In this document: piece by piece, positions 49,456 through 62,727 of the stretch
Layout of the letters: the number at the start of each line of letters is the position of its first letter
Numbering within the stretch: the first letter of the stretch is position 1
Assembly: GCF_018350175.1 (NCBI RefSeq)
Contig: NC_058368.1
Coordinates: 118,732,001 to 118,796,000 of the forward strand
Reading direction: 5' to 3'
DNA length: 64,000 nt
Origin: Felis catus
Taxonomy: Eukaryota
Made by a program: the position numbers and the translations under genes
The notes under the pieces: model-generated
Database searches by the model: none
Told to the model about the DNA's origin: nothing
Seen by the model: the letters and a program-made list of their open reading frames with translations, nothing else

Positions 49456-51667
49456 ATACAGAGATTTTTATTTCACAGTTCAGGCATTTACTTGATGGCG
49501 TGAGGGCTTTTCACTTTGGAAAATACTTGTTATTTCTTTTCGTTTTATTACACGCAAAATTATGATTTGAAGTGTCTTCCTTCAGTATTCTTGAGGAGAG
49601 TCTCCTTTCCATAGTTTTCTGGGAGAATGACAGAAAGTTTAAGTGTACTCAATGTGTCATTTCCGCAAGAACTGATGCAGATTTGGTGTGGGCATTGTGG
49701 AAGGCTTGCCTTCATGTTTCAGGCGGGTATGTTTGAAAACATAGATTGGTGATTTCCAAAGGGAACTGGATGGGCTTGTAATACTATACCACAAATAACT
49801 TTGTAAGTGGTTTCATATAACTATATGCACAAAAAGTGGTTACATCTTCAGAAGTCTTCTACCTCAGATAGTGAACGTCGGAAGGACCTGAACGAAGAAG
49901 ATGTGATAACCCGGAGTGTCTCATCTCGTGCTTGGTCCTGTAGCACCATCAAGACATGGCATCTCTCCCAAAGGAAAGGAAGTCTCTAGGCTGTTGTTTT
50001 GTTTGGAGCTTATATAATTCCTTTCTTCCAAAAAGGAACAAGCAGCATACTTTTTTTAGGGCACACAGAGACTTCGTTGAAAAGGGGAACATTTGTTTCC
50101 CCAAACAGAATGACTTTTTCGCTGTACCAGGAAACAATTTCTTGCAGGAAAAGTATGTTTTGCTGTTACCAGCCACTACTGGGAACTGCTACAGCCCCAG
50201 CCAACATTGATTACCGATCTTCTCTCGATAGTTCTGTCTTTTAAAATAGGACCCTTTCCATTAAGTTCACATAGAATTCTGGGAAAAAGCCTTCCTATCA
50301 GGCAGAGAGATTGTGAGGGCATTTAGGAAGAAATGGGGCTTGGGTTTTGTTCGAATCCCAGACGGTTAAAATAAAAAGAAGTACTAGTTGAAGAGAACGA
50401 GCCCTCAACTCTCTGTTGGTGGAGGCCTCCCCTCAGATGTTGAGAGAAGTGGCCTGTCCACACAGAATCCCAATCCGCACCCCCACACACACCACCATTT
50501 CCCTGGGAGCTCGCCTGTATACTGCGTTCACTTTTATTAGCTTCATAGCTCATCATACCAGCTGAAATGTCTTATTTGCTTGTTTGCTTATTTACTGTCT
50601 CTTACACACACAGGAACACTGTTTCCTAGAAACTATTTTGCTCACTAAAACAATACGCAATCAGAAAAAATATTTGGGGCGTGCATACCTCCAATATGTA
50701 TTCATTATTTTTATTTACTTATTGATAAACTACATACTGACCTTCCTAATTGTTATATTACGTACATCAGAAAATATATATAAAATGCAAATCTTGCGAG
50801 GAACGGATAAGAAAAAAAATGCATCTAGAAGCTTTGGTACCTTTTCCCCACACATCTTGTGCTGTCCCACCCTGCCTTGCGGTGCAAAGTATTTCACTGT
50901 AAGCTGCTTGAGAGTAGCAGACTCACTCCATGTGCTTCCCACTGCCTTCCCAGGGCTTGCAACAGCATCAGCCATGTAGTACATGCACAGTAGATATTTG
51001 CTCAGTAAATATTTACTTCTGAGTAATAAGCAAAGCCAAGGCACAGCTCACTCTGCTAGGCTCCATATAGATGAGGTTGTATTGCATCTTTGCAGGATGA
51101 GAGAAGCAAAGCCCTAGTTTTTAGGGTCAGAATGCCTTCCTAATACAATATGTGCTGAATAAGGGATTTACTGTAATGATTCAAATCCTTCACCAAAGAG
51201 GTAATTACAACTCCCTTGATAAGAGCAGAGCTCAAGCAGGCAGACAGGTGGTTTCTGGTTTCTCTTCTAACAGATGGCACAAGTGGACCAGCTTCTGAGG
51301 CTTTTTGAGGAAACTTGCTCATAAACAGCCTTAAATATATATTATTTTTCATGTCTTCCAACACATGCTTTCTAAATAGAGCAAAAAGGCTTCATAGATT
51401 GAGGACAGGAGCACATATTATGAGCAAGGCTGCAAGAAGCAGGGCACTTCCATTTTACGTGAGCAGCAGGTGCAGTGTGTCTGGCACGCAGCAGGGAGGT
51501 TCTGTGCCCCATGGAGGCTGGATGCACTGAGAACCTTCACCATAGCGAGCCTTTCTTTCTAGGTGCCCTCAAAGCATTTTTACCTGGCACAATAAACTAT
51601 ACATTCAGTTCTCCTATGATTTGGAAACTCATATATTTTTTAAAAGTTTTTTTGGATGTTTATTTTT

Positions 51668-51884
51668 TTTTAATTTTTTTTAACGTTTATTTATTTTTGA
51701 GACAGAGAGAGACAGAGCATGAACGGGGGAGGGGCAGAGAGAGAGGGAGACATAGAACCAGAAGCAGGCTCCAGGCTCTGAGCCATCAGCCCAGAGCCCG
51801 ACGCGGGGCTCGAACTCACGGACCGCGAGACCGTGACCTGAGCTGAAGTCGGACGCTTAACCGACTGAGCCACCCAGGCGCCCT
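51668..51884 (-). mobile_element. Young SINEC_Fc inserted in the tail of an older SINE
   Basis: CpG-rich reverse SINE; flanked by tgtttattttt at 51657-51667 and 51890-51900. Confidence 0.93.
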
Positions 51885-51889
51885 GTGAG

Positions 51890-52084
51890 TGTTTATTTTT
51901 GAGAGAGAAAGAGAGAGCACGAGCAGGGAAGGGGCAGAGAGAGAGGGAGACACAGAATCCGAAGCAGGCTCCAGGCTCTAAACTGTCAGCACAGAGCCCA
52001 ATGTGGGGCTCAAAGTCACGAACCATGAGATCATGGCCTGAGCTGAAGTTGGACTTTTAACTGACTGAGCCACCCAGGTGCCCC
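51890..52084 (-). mobile_element. Older CAN-SINE (host of the 51668 copy)
   Basis: Ends cacccaggtgcccc; outer TSD tggaaactcatat at about 51622 and 52085. Confidence 0.93.
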
Positions 52085-52164
52085 TGGAAACTCATATTTT
52101 TAAAGCAAAAAATCTCACGTGGTTTGATTTTAAGATTTTTTGTTTTGTTTTTGTAAAGAGGGCA

Positions 52165-52385
52165 TATGGTGTAGCCTAAGAGGTCCAGTTTTAAATCCCA
52201 GCTTCTCATATACTAACCAGTTGGCTTTAAGCAGCAAAAATACTTAAACTTTGTGATCTTCTGTTTTCTCACCTGAAAAATGGGAATAATGATAGCTATC
52301 CCTGCAGTTGTTTGGAAAAATGAAGATGATACATCTGAAAAGATTGGCAGAATGACTGATAGGTAGTAAGTATTCAGTGCCAATT
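52165..52385 (+). mobile_element. MIR fossil
   Basis: ttaaatcccagcttc...ctgttttctcacctgaaaaatgggaataatgatagcta. Confidence 0.65.
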
Positions 52386-52451
52386 AGAACTCATCATTTT
52401 TCCCCACCTTCATATTCACCTTCCCTTTGAAAGCTGTTGGCCCACTATAAA

Positions 52452-52745
52452 CCGGTGAAGAAAGAGAAATAAGTCAGACACAAAAGGTAACACATTGTGT
52501 GATGCCACTTTTGTGACATGTCCAGAAAAGGCAAATCTCTAGAGATAGAAAATAGATCAGTGGTTGCCTATGGCTGGTAATGTGAGCACGGCTTCAGTGC
52601 AAGTGGCGGGAGGGACCTTTCGGGGCTGACAGAAACATTTTAAAACTAGATTATGGGTGATAACTACTCAACTCTATCAATGTTGTATGCTTAAAATGGG
52701 TGAACATTATTGTATGTAAAGTATACTTCAATAAAGTTATTTTTT
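52452..52745 (+). mobile_element. Old L1 (L1MB-like) 3' UTR end
   Basis: aagtcagacacaaaagg...tgtccagaaaaggcaaatctctagagatagaaaatagatcagtggttgcc...aaaatgggtgaa...tatacttcaataaag. Confidence 0.8.
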
Positions 52746-53102
52746 TTTATATCCTCTTCTCCTAAGAATACTAAACACAATGAGTAAATGTTGACATGTT
52801 GGTGGTGATGATAGTTTTGACAAGTGATGTCAAAAGTAAGAGGCAAAAATATTAAGTAACCATCAAAACCTTGCCTGGAATGGACATACAAGTTTTTTGT
52901 TAATTAATTTCACTCTTCAGAATAACTAAATGAATAGGTCTTGCGAAAATATATGCTACAGTTTTACAAGAGGAAATGCAAATATAGCCAAGAACAAAAA
53001 TTTCCAAACTTTGAGACTTGTGGCACTGAAAATACCTGAAAGTTTTAAATGGTGCCTGGTTTAAACTTTTTTCTTCATTTTAGCAGTGTTGAGTTTTTAT
53101 CA

Positions 53103-53316
53103 TCTCTTTCTTTTTTTCTTAAAGAGTATTTATTTATTTTCAGAGAGACAGAGAAAGCAAGGAAGGGCAGAGGGGATAGGGGGAGAGAATCACAAGCAGG
53201 CTCTGTGCTATCAGCACCGAACCATATGTGGGGCTCAAACCCACAAACCATGAGACTATGACCTGAGCTGAAACTAAGAGTCAGACACTTAACCAACTAA
53301 GCCTCCCAGGCACCCC
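53103..53316 (-). mobile_element. CAN-SINE
   Basis: TSD tgagKttttatca at 53090-53102 and 53317-53329. Confidence 0.93.
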
Positions 53317-53979
53317 TGAGGTTTTATCAGGTTTGATACAGAAATGCAGGAGTCCATCAACATGGATCAGTGTGCCTGTGTCCCTCCCCACCAGAAACAG
53401 AATGTGTGAAACGCCCCTTCTGTCATACTTGTCAGGCGCAGCCATCCTAGGCAAGCAAACAAGGGGCTATGTGCAGAGCTGTGCTGACAACACGAGATTG
53501 AGAACCACTTACATGATATCGGATAATTCTGACTTAGAAATACCTGGCTTCCCTGACTACCAGGGTCTTATGTTTGACTTCTGGTAGATCCATATTTCCT
53601 TTCTTTTCACTAAGTACTTTGATTCTATGGAGCATTTATTTATTTATTTATTTAACGCAGCCTTTATATATTGTCAATTCCAAAGAAACTTAGGGAGCGT
53701 TCATAGTGTGCCATAACTACTGTGCAAGGTAGGGTCAAGACCAGAAGGGAAATATTACTTCTTGAGGATTCAGAGGAGAAATACAGAACTTAGTATGATG
53801 CCAGAGAAGCCTCATGTAGGAATGCACATGGAAAATGGGCTTTGAATGGTGGGTAGGCATTGATTAGGGGCAAGGGAAGAGACATTCCAGGAGGGAAAAA
53901 CAGCATCAGCAAAGATCATGGTGATAGAAAGCTGAAAGCACAAGTTTATGGCACACATAAACCAGTTTGGCTACAACAG

Positions 53980-54448
53980 CAGTTGGAAAACTAAGACCCA
54001 TGGGTGGGCCTCATCCATTCAGCTGCCTGTTGATTTTGTTTTTGTTTTGTTTTTGTTTTTTGGTTCATGAGATAAGAATGGTTTTTACATTTTTTAAAAT
54101 TTTTTTTATGTTTATTTATTTTTGACAGAGAGAGACAGAGCATGAACAGGGGAGGGGTAGAGAGAGAGCGGGAGACACAGAATCTGAAGCAGGCTCCAGG
54201 CTCTGAGCTGTCAGCACAGAGCTCAACGTGAGGCTCGAACTCACAGACTGCGAGATCATGACCTGAACCAAAGTCGGACGCTCAACCGACTGAGCCACCC
54301 AGGCGCCCCAAGAATGGTTTTTACGTTTTTAAGCTGTTATATTTTACCTGGTTACATAAGTAACTACCGAATTCCCTCAATTTTGCCTCTTGGTCCAGAG
54401 TCTACAATATTTACTATGTGACCCTTTAAGAAAAATCTTACTCATCTG
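53980..54448. mobile_element. MER58-like hAT-Charlie fossil interrupted by a SINE
   Basis: taagaatggtttttac...ttttgcctcttggtcca...aatatttactatgtgaccctttaagaaaaa resembles the MER58 family. Confidence 0.55.
54089..54309 (-). mobile_element. CAN-SINE (SINEC_Fc-type)
   Basis: Perfect TSD aagaatggtttttac at 54074-54088 and 54310-54324. Confidence 0.95.
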
Positions 54449-57038
54449 GAAAGCTCTTGGAGCATGAGGGCAAGTAAGGTAGATTAGGAAGAGCATCAGG
54501 GTTTTATTGTGAAAGACCTTCAAATGACAGAAACCCAACTAGCTTAATGAAAAAGTGGAAGTTAAAAACTTACAATTTTAGGAAATCTCAGGGTGGATCT
54601 AACCTCGAGCACAATTGGACCCAGGAACCCAAATTATTATTTTGCTTGGCTCTTCTTCCTTCCTTTTTTTTCTTAAACTTCATTTGCCGACAGATGTTTG
54701 CCATGTAATGGGGAAAAAGATCTCTGGTCACACTAAGCCAATACATTCAGCTTTTGCTTCCAGAAAAAAAACAGCATTTGTATGTCAGACCCCAAGGAAA
54801 AACTGTGATCAGTTATACGGCCACCCTTGACCCAGCCGCTGTGGCCATATGAAGGGCGGCACTGTTTCCAGCCAGCCCCAGTCACATGCCTGCCCCTGTG
54901 ATGAAATCATTGGGACATTGGCTCCACCTGGATCACTTGGGGTGGCACAGACGAAGGGGAGTGGGAAAACTAGTGGCCAGGAGTAGACTGTAACTACATC
55001 TTTCACTCTACCAGAGTGAATAATTTACTCTATTGCAGTAGGTAGTTGGAAGTTTTTGAGGAGGAAATTGCTCTTCATTCCAAATTCAACACATATTTAT
55101 TGACCCGTGTGCTCAGGACGTTTGTGTACTTAAAACCTGTCGTGGGACTGACCGGAATGGTAAAAGGTAAAGAAACCAGGCTAGAGATTCTTATCATAGT
55201 CTAAGTGAGATGGTTTTGGTCTCCATCCTCAGAGGAAAGGGAAAATATTGAAGTGTTTTGAGCAGATAAATAACAGGATCAGATTTGCATTTTGAAATGA
55301 TCACCAAGAATGGTCCTTTTAAGTTAAATACCTATGTTGAAAATCTTGTTTACATTGTAAATTTGCCAAAGATTGTCCAAAGTAATTTGGATCTGCCTCA
55401 TATTTTTTAATAAATACACACACACATACACACATATATATACATGTACATTTTAACTTTGTGAGATCAGAATTAATGGTGTTTTGCTGTGTCTCTTTTC
55501 ATTGACATCTCAGTGGGTGTTTCGTTTTGGAATGTAAGAACTAGAGCAGAATATAAAAATCATTTTCCTTCAGTTTGTTTTTATTCACAGATGTTAAAAC
55601 CCTTTTTTTCCACTGGAAAGGGTGACTTTGCTGGAAAATCATTTAAAGTTTTTTCCAGTCGAGTCAATAAGCTCCTCAGCACCAGATGAACAAGGGGCAG
55701 AAACCACTGTGCAGCCTTAGTGAGATTGTATTCCTTCACTGTTCAGCGTGAGCCAGGCTTTGTAGAAACGGAACATGGTCCAGGCAAGAATGCAGGTTTC
55801 ATGCATGGTCACACTGAAGGTGCAAGGCTGTGCATGGAAGATACAAATGGAGTAGAGAAGATGTTTGAGCAGATTGAAATCAAATCAGAAACAGCTTTGC
55901 AAGTGTTTAGAGTATTGAATCAACACTAGAATTAGAGGGAAGTCAGCTATTTGCTTGGGAGGAGAAAAGGAGAGTCAGACGGTTGCCCTTTCCACCGAAG
56001 TTGGTGTCTGCTTCTCTCTCTGCCTCGTATTCCTCTTGTGTATCTGGACCAAGGTTTGGAGGCTTGCAGGAGTTTAACTTAATCGTCCTGAATATTATCC
56101 TTAGCCGAAGTGTTTTTTCTACTGCTGAGAGTTAGGAACATGGTAAGATAAGTTGGCTTTCTTATTCAAGGAATCTCCTTTCCCCAGGGTTACTTTTAAG
56201 CTGAAGTATCCTGGGCCACCACTGCTAATTTTGGACCCTCCCTTGTTTTCAGCGGTGGACATTTAGATTCTTAGTAAATCCTTTTCTCTTCTCTTCCTCC
56301 CCCTAGTCCAAACAGGAAATATTCCTTAAAAGTAGACCATATAGAAAAGCATGCGACATGGCCAGTGACTTTCAGCCAGTGTTGTTAACATGTTTTCCAG
56401 CTTACTCAGAATGTGACACTGGACAATGTCCTATTCCACTTCCCCATGCCCGGGTGAAAGGAAGACACCACTGATTTACTGTAATAACTTTACCAAAATA
56501 AAAATGTCCCTGGAGGAGTCAACGTCGTTTCTCAATGAGGAGAGCAGGATGGAAAAATTAGTTCTTGCCTATGGAGGGTGCTTAGTAAATACGCACTGAG
56601 TGTATTTGACTGAAAAAGAAGAGAAACAGCCCAATAGTTGGGAGCTGCCAACTGCATTATGCAACCCAAACCACAGATTGGTGCAAGAAGGATGGAACTG
56701 TCATTTTACCTCTATGAAACATCCCTCCTCCAGAGATTAAATGTAGCCATTTGTATGATTAGGGAGATTATTTTTACTAGTGACCTTTCGTTTTTGGTTA
56801 TAAATGTTACCTATTAATTATAGGAAACGTGGGAGGTATTTTGAAAGGCCCCAAAATAAAAATTACCTTTATCCTCATCACCCAGAGAATGTTGATATAC
56901 TTACTGTCTGTATGTTTTAAGATTGGTTTGCACGCGTTTTTTATTGTAAAAAAGTGCATGAAATGTGATTGTACAGCTTAACAAATTATCATTTAGCAAA
57001 CACATAACCACCACCAAGGTTAAGAAGTACAATTCTAT

Positions 57039-57245
57039 GGGTGCCTGGGTGGCTCAGTCAGGTAAGCATCCAACTTTGGCTCAGATCATGATCTTGTGTC
57101 ATGAGATTGAACCCCACGTGGGCTCTGTGCTGACAGCTCAATCTGGAGCCTGCTTCAGATTCTGTGTCTCCCTCTCTTTCTGCCCCTCTCCCACTCGTGC
57201 TCTGTCTCTCAAAAATGAATAAACGTTAAAAAAATTAAAAAAAAA
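57039..57245 (+). mobile_element. CAN-SINE
   Basis: TSD aagaagtacaatYct at 57022-57036 and 57246-57260. Confidence 0.94.
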
Positions 57246-57388
57246 AAGAAGTACAATCCTGCCAAGACCCCAGAGTTGTCTGCATCTCTTGCTTTCTCTT
57301 TCCCTCTCCCCACAGCAAAAGGAACCACTAATTGGATGTTTACAGTAATCATCTCCATGTTTTTATTGATATTTTTATCTCTTAAATG

Positions 57389-57891
57389 CAGAGTCTTGCT
57401 ATGTCCAGTAGCTGTGTTCAAATAAAGTCAATACAAACACTGAGTTAGCAAATACTGAACCACTGGGGATACTGCTAGTTGGGGAAGTACAGGGTTAGGT
57501 TCCTCTGAGTCTGTAGTTACCATATTTTTGTAAACTAATTAGTACACCTTATTACTATTATTGTTGATTGATTACCATTGAATTCATGACCAACAGCACT
57601 GTAAATCATGCCTAAACAAAGCTTATTAAATACATGTTTTCTCCATAAGGCACATCTTCTTGCCCTTAGAAACTCTGGAGGACTGAAACAAGAAGGCCAG
57701 ACCATCCCTTCCTTCCACCTCAGATGGCGTTGTGCCAATTAGATGCTTCAGAGTGACCCAAGTCTTTGGTTGCTTTGCATGTGTCCACAAGCGACCATGA
57801 AAAAACCATGAATATTGATTCTGAGGTTACAAATACATTTTAGCAAGTAAGTGAATTCACAAACACAGAATCTACAAGTAATGATCAACTG
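57389..57891 (-). mobile_element. TcMar-Tigger DNA transposon fossil (MER82-like)
   Basis: Ends cagagtcttgctat...aacactgagttagcaaatact and ggttacaaatacattttagcaagtaagtgaattcacaaacacagaatctacaagtaatgatcaactg(ta) resemble the recalled MER82 termini. Confidence 0.65.
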
Positions 57892-60800
57892 TATGCATCC
57901 ATAAAATATAATATTTTGTTTTATTAAGCTGGCTTCCTTTGTTCAGTGGTTTTAAGAGTCCCTGCTTTATTAAAATTAGTCATTATTTATTTTCATTATA
58001 GTAGAGTTTACCATTGTATTAACATACTAAAATTATTTCTCCATTCTTCTTTTACTGAACTTCTGGGTTTCCTGTTTTTGCTTTTATAAATAATTTGCTG
58101 TATACATTTGTATGTATCTCTTCTGAGACACATGTATGCACCATGCTTGAGAGTGTATGTCTGGGAATGGAACTGCTGAATCATAGAGAATGATATCTTC
58201 ACCTTTGCCAGATGAAGTCAAACTGTCCAAAGTTGGTGTAGCAATTGACATCCCTCCTCCAGCAAAGTAGTGGAGTTCTGACATTGCACATCTTGCAAAC
58301 ACTTGGCATTTTCAGCATTTTGATGTTAGCTGTTTAGTCATTCTGGTATTTGCGCAGAATTACTTCATTATGGTTTTAATCTACATTTCCTGTACTACAG
58401 CAAGGTTAAGCACTTACTTGTTCTTTTGCATTTTCTCTTCTTAAGTCCCTGTTCAAGTTGCTTGCCCATCTCCTACTTGGTTGTCTTTTTCCTTCTGATC
58501 ATTAGGAGTTCTTTGTATAGTCTGGTTATGAGTGCTCTGTTTATATATTGTAGGCTGTCTTTTTACTCTCTTTTAATGTTGTCTTTTGATAAGTAAAATT
58601 TATTAATTTTAATGTAGTCAGATATATATGTGTTTTCCTTAAGATTAGTGCTTTTTATTCCCTGTTGGATAACGTTCCAACCTCACATTCCCAGTTATTC
58701 CTTTATTGTTTGCCTTGAGCATTCAGATCTATAATCTGCTAGAAATCATTTATTTGTTAGGTATGATATGAAGGAGAAGTTAAGTGTTACTTTTTCCATA
58801 TGGATACCCATTTAAACCAACATCATTTAATGACGAGTGCTTTCCACTAATACAAAATAATACAGACTCATGATAAAAAAAAAATTAAAACACTGTAAAT
58901 AAAATAAAAAAGTGAATGTCAAATCCATGCCTGTGTACCTAGTTTCCCATTCTCAATCCCCTGAGGTAAAGTTTCTTGCTTGCAGATTTCTTTTAAGAAG
59001 AGTGTTTGAACCTCCCTAGCATTAGAATGGTGGCCGTAAGTTATGCCTCAGGACAGTAGAAGATTGAATCTGGCAGTACTGTTGGTTTCCTTCCCTTTTT
59101 AAAAGAATACATTTGCTTTGGGAATGTCTTCATTATATAGAGAATGACAATTGTATGCACTCAATTTAAGATAGTCTGGAGGTTTGGATATTTCTTGACA
59201 ACTATTTAAATCTTTTGAAACAGCACATGTTACCATATACTGTACGTTCTTGGTAGTGCCCCCAAATGCTTCAACCTACTTTTACAAATAACTTCATAAG
59301 TTGTGACCTTTTTTCTAGTTGAAAGAGAGTAAATTATAAGAACCAATTTTTATGCACCTGAAATGTGGTATCGAAAAAGCCTATAGGGCTGCACTCAGGT
59401 TTAACAGAAAAGAATGCTATGCTCATCCAGTATTGTATACCATAGAGCACCGTGAAGACATTTGGTGCTTTTAACTGTCCTTGCTCATCCTGTCCCTTGA
59501 GATTTTTTTTCTGTCCTTTGAGCAATTGAACTGGGACCTTTGTCCAGACATCTTTACTTCCAATCCAGAGTTTTCCCATCTGCCTCATATTTCTGTATTA
59601 TTCTACATGAAACATTTCAAATTATTGACTTGGAGAACCTTCAGGATGACCGATACCCTATCCTAAGATCATGAATTTTGTTTAAATCATGGAATTATTT
59701 GCCATTCCACCACACTCCATCTGAGTTTAAAATCTGCTTGAAATGTATACTTCAGAAATGTTTTTGAAAGCCAATAAACAGAACCACTATACTGTAGATA
59801 AGATGAACTATTTTAAAAGCAAATTATTTAAGAACTATTTTAAAAGTAATTGCCTATAATTTCTAAGGCCTTAAGGGAATTGCACCATTTTGTCTCATTT
59901 AAAATAAGAATCAGGACTCTGTCATTGCCGGAACAAAGATGTACATTAAAATGTATTAGCTGAGGGCAAGAATCTGTAAACACTAGGCATGCTGGTAAAA
60001 GTCAAAAGAATACAGAATGGTGCGACTCCGGGGCATGTGGCATTTTCCTCTTGTTAGGTTGTGAAGCACATACTGAAAAAATTCGGGACGTTGGGACATA
60101 TGTAGGATTTCTGTGTTGTAAAAGCTTCAGCAGACGCAAAAGAATATGTAGTCAATTTTTTACAAATGAAAATCATTTTTGTGTCACTTGCTGTAATTCA
60201 CTATCCAGTTTCTCAGTATTCCTTTTGGCCCTCTCTTCTTGACTAACATTTGATTTCCCTTCTTTTTTTTTTTCTTTCTTTTTTTTTTTTTTTTTATGGT
60301 GCCTTAAATCAAGACATAAGGGAATATTTTCCAAGGAAGAAGAACTCAATGATTTGGGATTAGATTAAATAGGATTTTACAGGTTTCCATGGAATTTTCT
60401 CTTCTCATTATAGGAGGAAGAGGGGGAGAGGGGAAGACAAGGAGTCCCCCTTGGATTTAATAGAACCTTCCTATTCTAGACCTAACTGGGAAGGGAGTGG
60501 TGATGGCATATGAAAGTCAGCCCTGGGCCAGTGATCTCACGGACCTCACCCAGGCCCGAGATCCTTGACTGGGAACCAGGGCTGTAGATCACAATCCAGT
60601 GCCTGGCAGAGAGGAGCAAATGCCATTGTTTTGACTTCTTCATAGTACACCTGGCAGAAGACTGTCTGGATACTCTTGTGTACGTCTAGTCCTGTCTTAG
60701 AGAGTTCTGGGACAGGCTGACCGTCCACCACTCCCAGTGTTTCTACGATGAGCCACACCATGTGACCAGGGCTCTAACTCCTCAGGTTTCACTTCTCTAT

Positions 60801-61009
60801 CTGCCTGTGTCCTTCCCTACACTGCCTTCTTGGCAGAATGCCCTTTGGAAAGTTAAACATTGCTTCCAGATGGAACAAGAGGAGGGAATTGTATTCATTT
60901 TTAAGGTCCCTGGAAATACTAGGAAAGAAGAGAGCCCAAGGTAACCTTTTCCAAATGGGGGGGGGGGGGAAGGCTATCTAATTTTTTTTAATGATGATGC
61001 TCCATGTTG

Positions 61010-61570
61010 GTGGGGCAATGGTGAGAGGGAAGGGGCATCCCCCCCCATGCACTATTGGTGGGAATGCAATTCAGCAGAACTCTTCTCCAAAGCTATTTGC
61101 TAGTTTGTATCAGCACCCTTAAAAAAAGACTTCTAGCCTTTGACCCACTAATTTAACTTCCAAGAATTTATGCTAAGGAAACAAATACAGTCAATGATCC
61201 TCAACAAGGATGTAAATTGCACTACTATTTATAATAGCTACAGGGGGATAATGATCTGAATATACACAATAAGGAAAGGTTGCATAAATCAGGGTATACC
61301 ATACAAGAGAATAGTCTGTAGCCATTTTAAGAATATGATAGCAAAGGCTATTTAATGACATTCGAAAATGTTTTATTAAGTGAAAAAACAACAACAGGCT
61401 ACTATGTGTGTAGTAGTATTCCCCCCCCCCCAAAATAAGGAGATATGCCAAGATAGTAACAGTGACTGTTAGTGGTACAAATTACGATTTTATTGCTTTT
61501 TCTTGCTCTTTGGTGTTGGCCAGTTTTCTACAAGGCCATCTGTGATTTTGAGTATCAGAATTTTAAAAAG
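61010..61570 (+). mobile_element. Ancient L1 (L1ME-like) fragment
   Basis: cactattggtgggaatgcaatt...cctttgacccactaatttaacttccaagaatttatgctaaggaaa...tatttataatagc. Confidence 0.6.
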
Positions 61571-62524
61571 ATCATTTTCTTCTGAATGGTCAGCTTACTG
61601 CTCTTCTTGTACTGGTTCGGGTTTTAATAGCCATAGAGTAGAGACCCGACTGGGTCTGCCACATCCATAATGACATTGGGAGCAGCCCTGTCCATAGTCA
61701 CTAGGCAAGCATGCCCTGGCTAGTACACCAGAGGTTCCATCATTCAAGTGAGTCACCACTGGAGGGTGTCAAGCTGATGATAATGCCACACAGTGGACTT
61801 GAACTACCTGCCACAACCCAACATGCTGCCAGGCCTTTGAGCCTTATCTTCCTAATCTGTTCTTTCTTCACTGTCCAGTGAGTGTCAACAGGACTTACTG
61901 GGACTCTGTCACTCCTTTTGAGGACACCGTGGACCAGCTAACTAAAGCCGATGCAAGCCTTCCAGTTGAATCCAAACTAGACCAGCAAATGTTCCTTCCA
62001 AGCTAAAGTTTCAGCTCTTGTCATTGCTACAGTTGGGCGTTAATGGAGGGAACCCCAGGAGTGAAAAATGTGCAGATACTCCCAGCTTGACTGTGAGGGT
62101 AATAGAGAGGACTTAGGGACTCACCTGCTAAGATTGTAGTTGTAAAATTATTTTCTCCTATCCTAATGTCAGTAATTTGTTATTTTTGGCCTCAGTGGGA
62201 AAAGTGAGAATTTGATAGAAGCTTCAGAGCCAATAGCAAAACTGACCATTTGTTGTTTGTGTGTTTTGTTTAGGTTTTTTAGGGGTGAGATTTTTTGCCT
62301 GCTGTTGTCATTTTTCAGTAAATGTAGCCAGACACTTGTGTAGTGAAAGCGGTATGTACGATTATGCAGAAAATCTTGGCCATTATCATTATCTCTGGGC
62401 ATCGTATTTCGCATGTATATGTTCTCTGAGATGTCTCACAACTAAAATATGTGCTGTCTGCTTCTTGGAGGAATACTTATATATTATTGATATTCTTTTG
62501 CTATAGGCATCCATCATTATATAA

Positions 62525-62727
62525 ATTTTTTTAATGTTTATTTTTGAGAAAGAGAGACAGAGTGAGTGGGGGAGGGGCAGAGAGAGAGGGAGACACAGAA
62601 TCCAAAACAGGTTCCAGGCTCTGAGGGGTCAGCCCAGAGACTGATGCGGGGCTCGAACTCACAAACCGCAAGATCATGACCTGAGTCAAAGTTGGATGCT
62701 TAGCTGACTGAGCCACTCAGGCACCCC
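62525..62727 (-). mobile_element. CAN-SINE
   Basis: TSD ggcatccatcatt at 62506-62518 and 62728-62740. Confidence 0.94.

Larger units (their letters stand above)
56940..58850 (-). mobile_element. Ancient L1 (L1ME-like) fragment, split by a SINE and a Tigger element
   Basis: Reverse L1 motifs tctgggaatggaactgctgaatcataga, ccaaagttggtgtagcaattgacatccctcc, ttgcacatcttgcaaacacttgg, ggagttctttgtatagtctgg. Confidence 0.7.

Noticed and set aside
2570..62690. About 15 TGA(C/G)TCA AP-1 sites across the window
   Set aside because: Less than about twice the rough random expectation for a 7-mer on both strands and not clustered; not interpretable without chromatin data.
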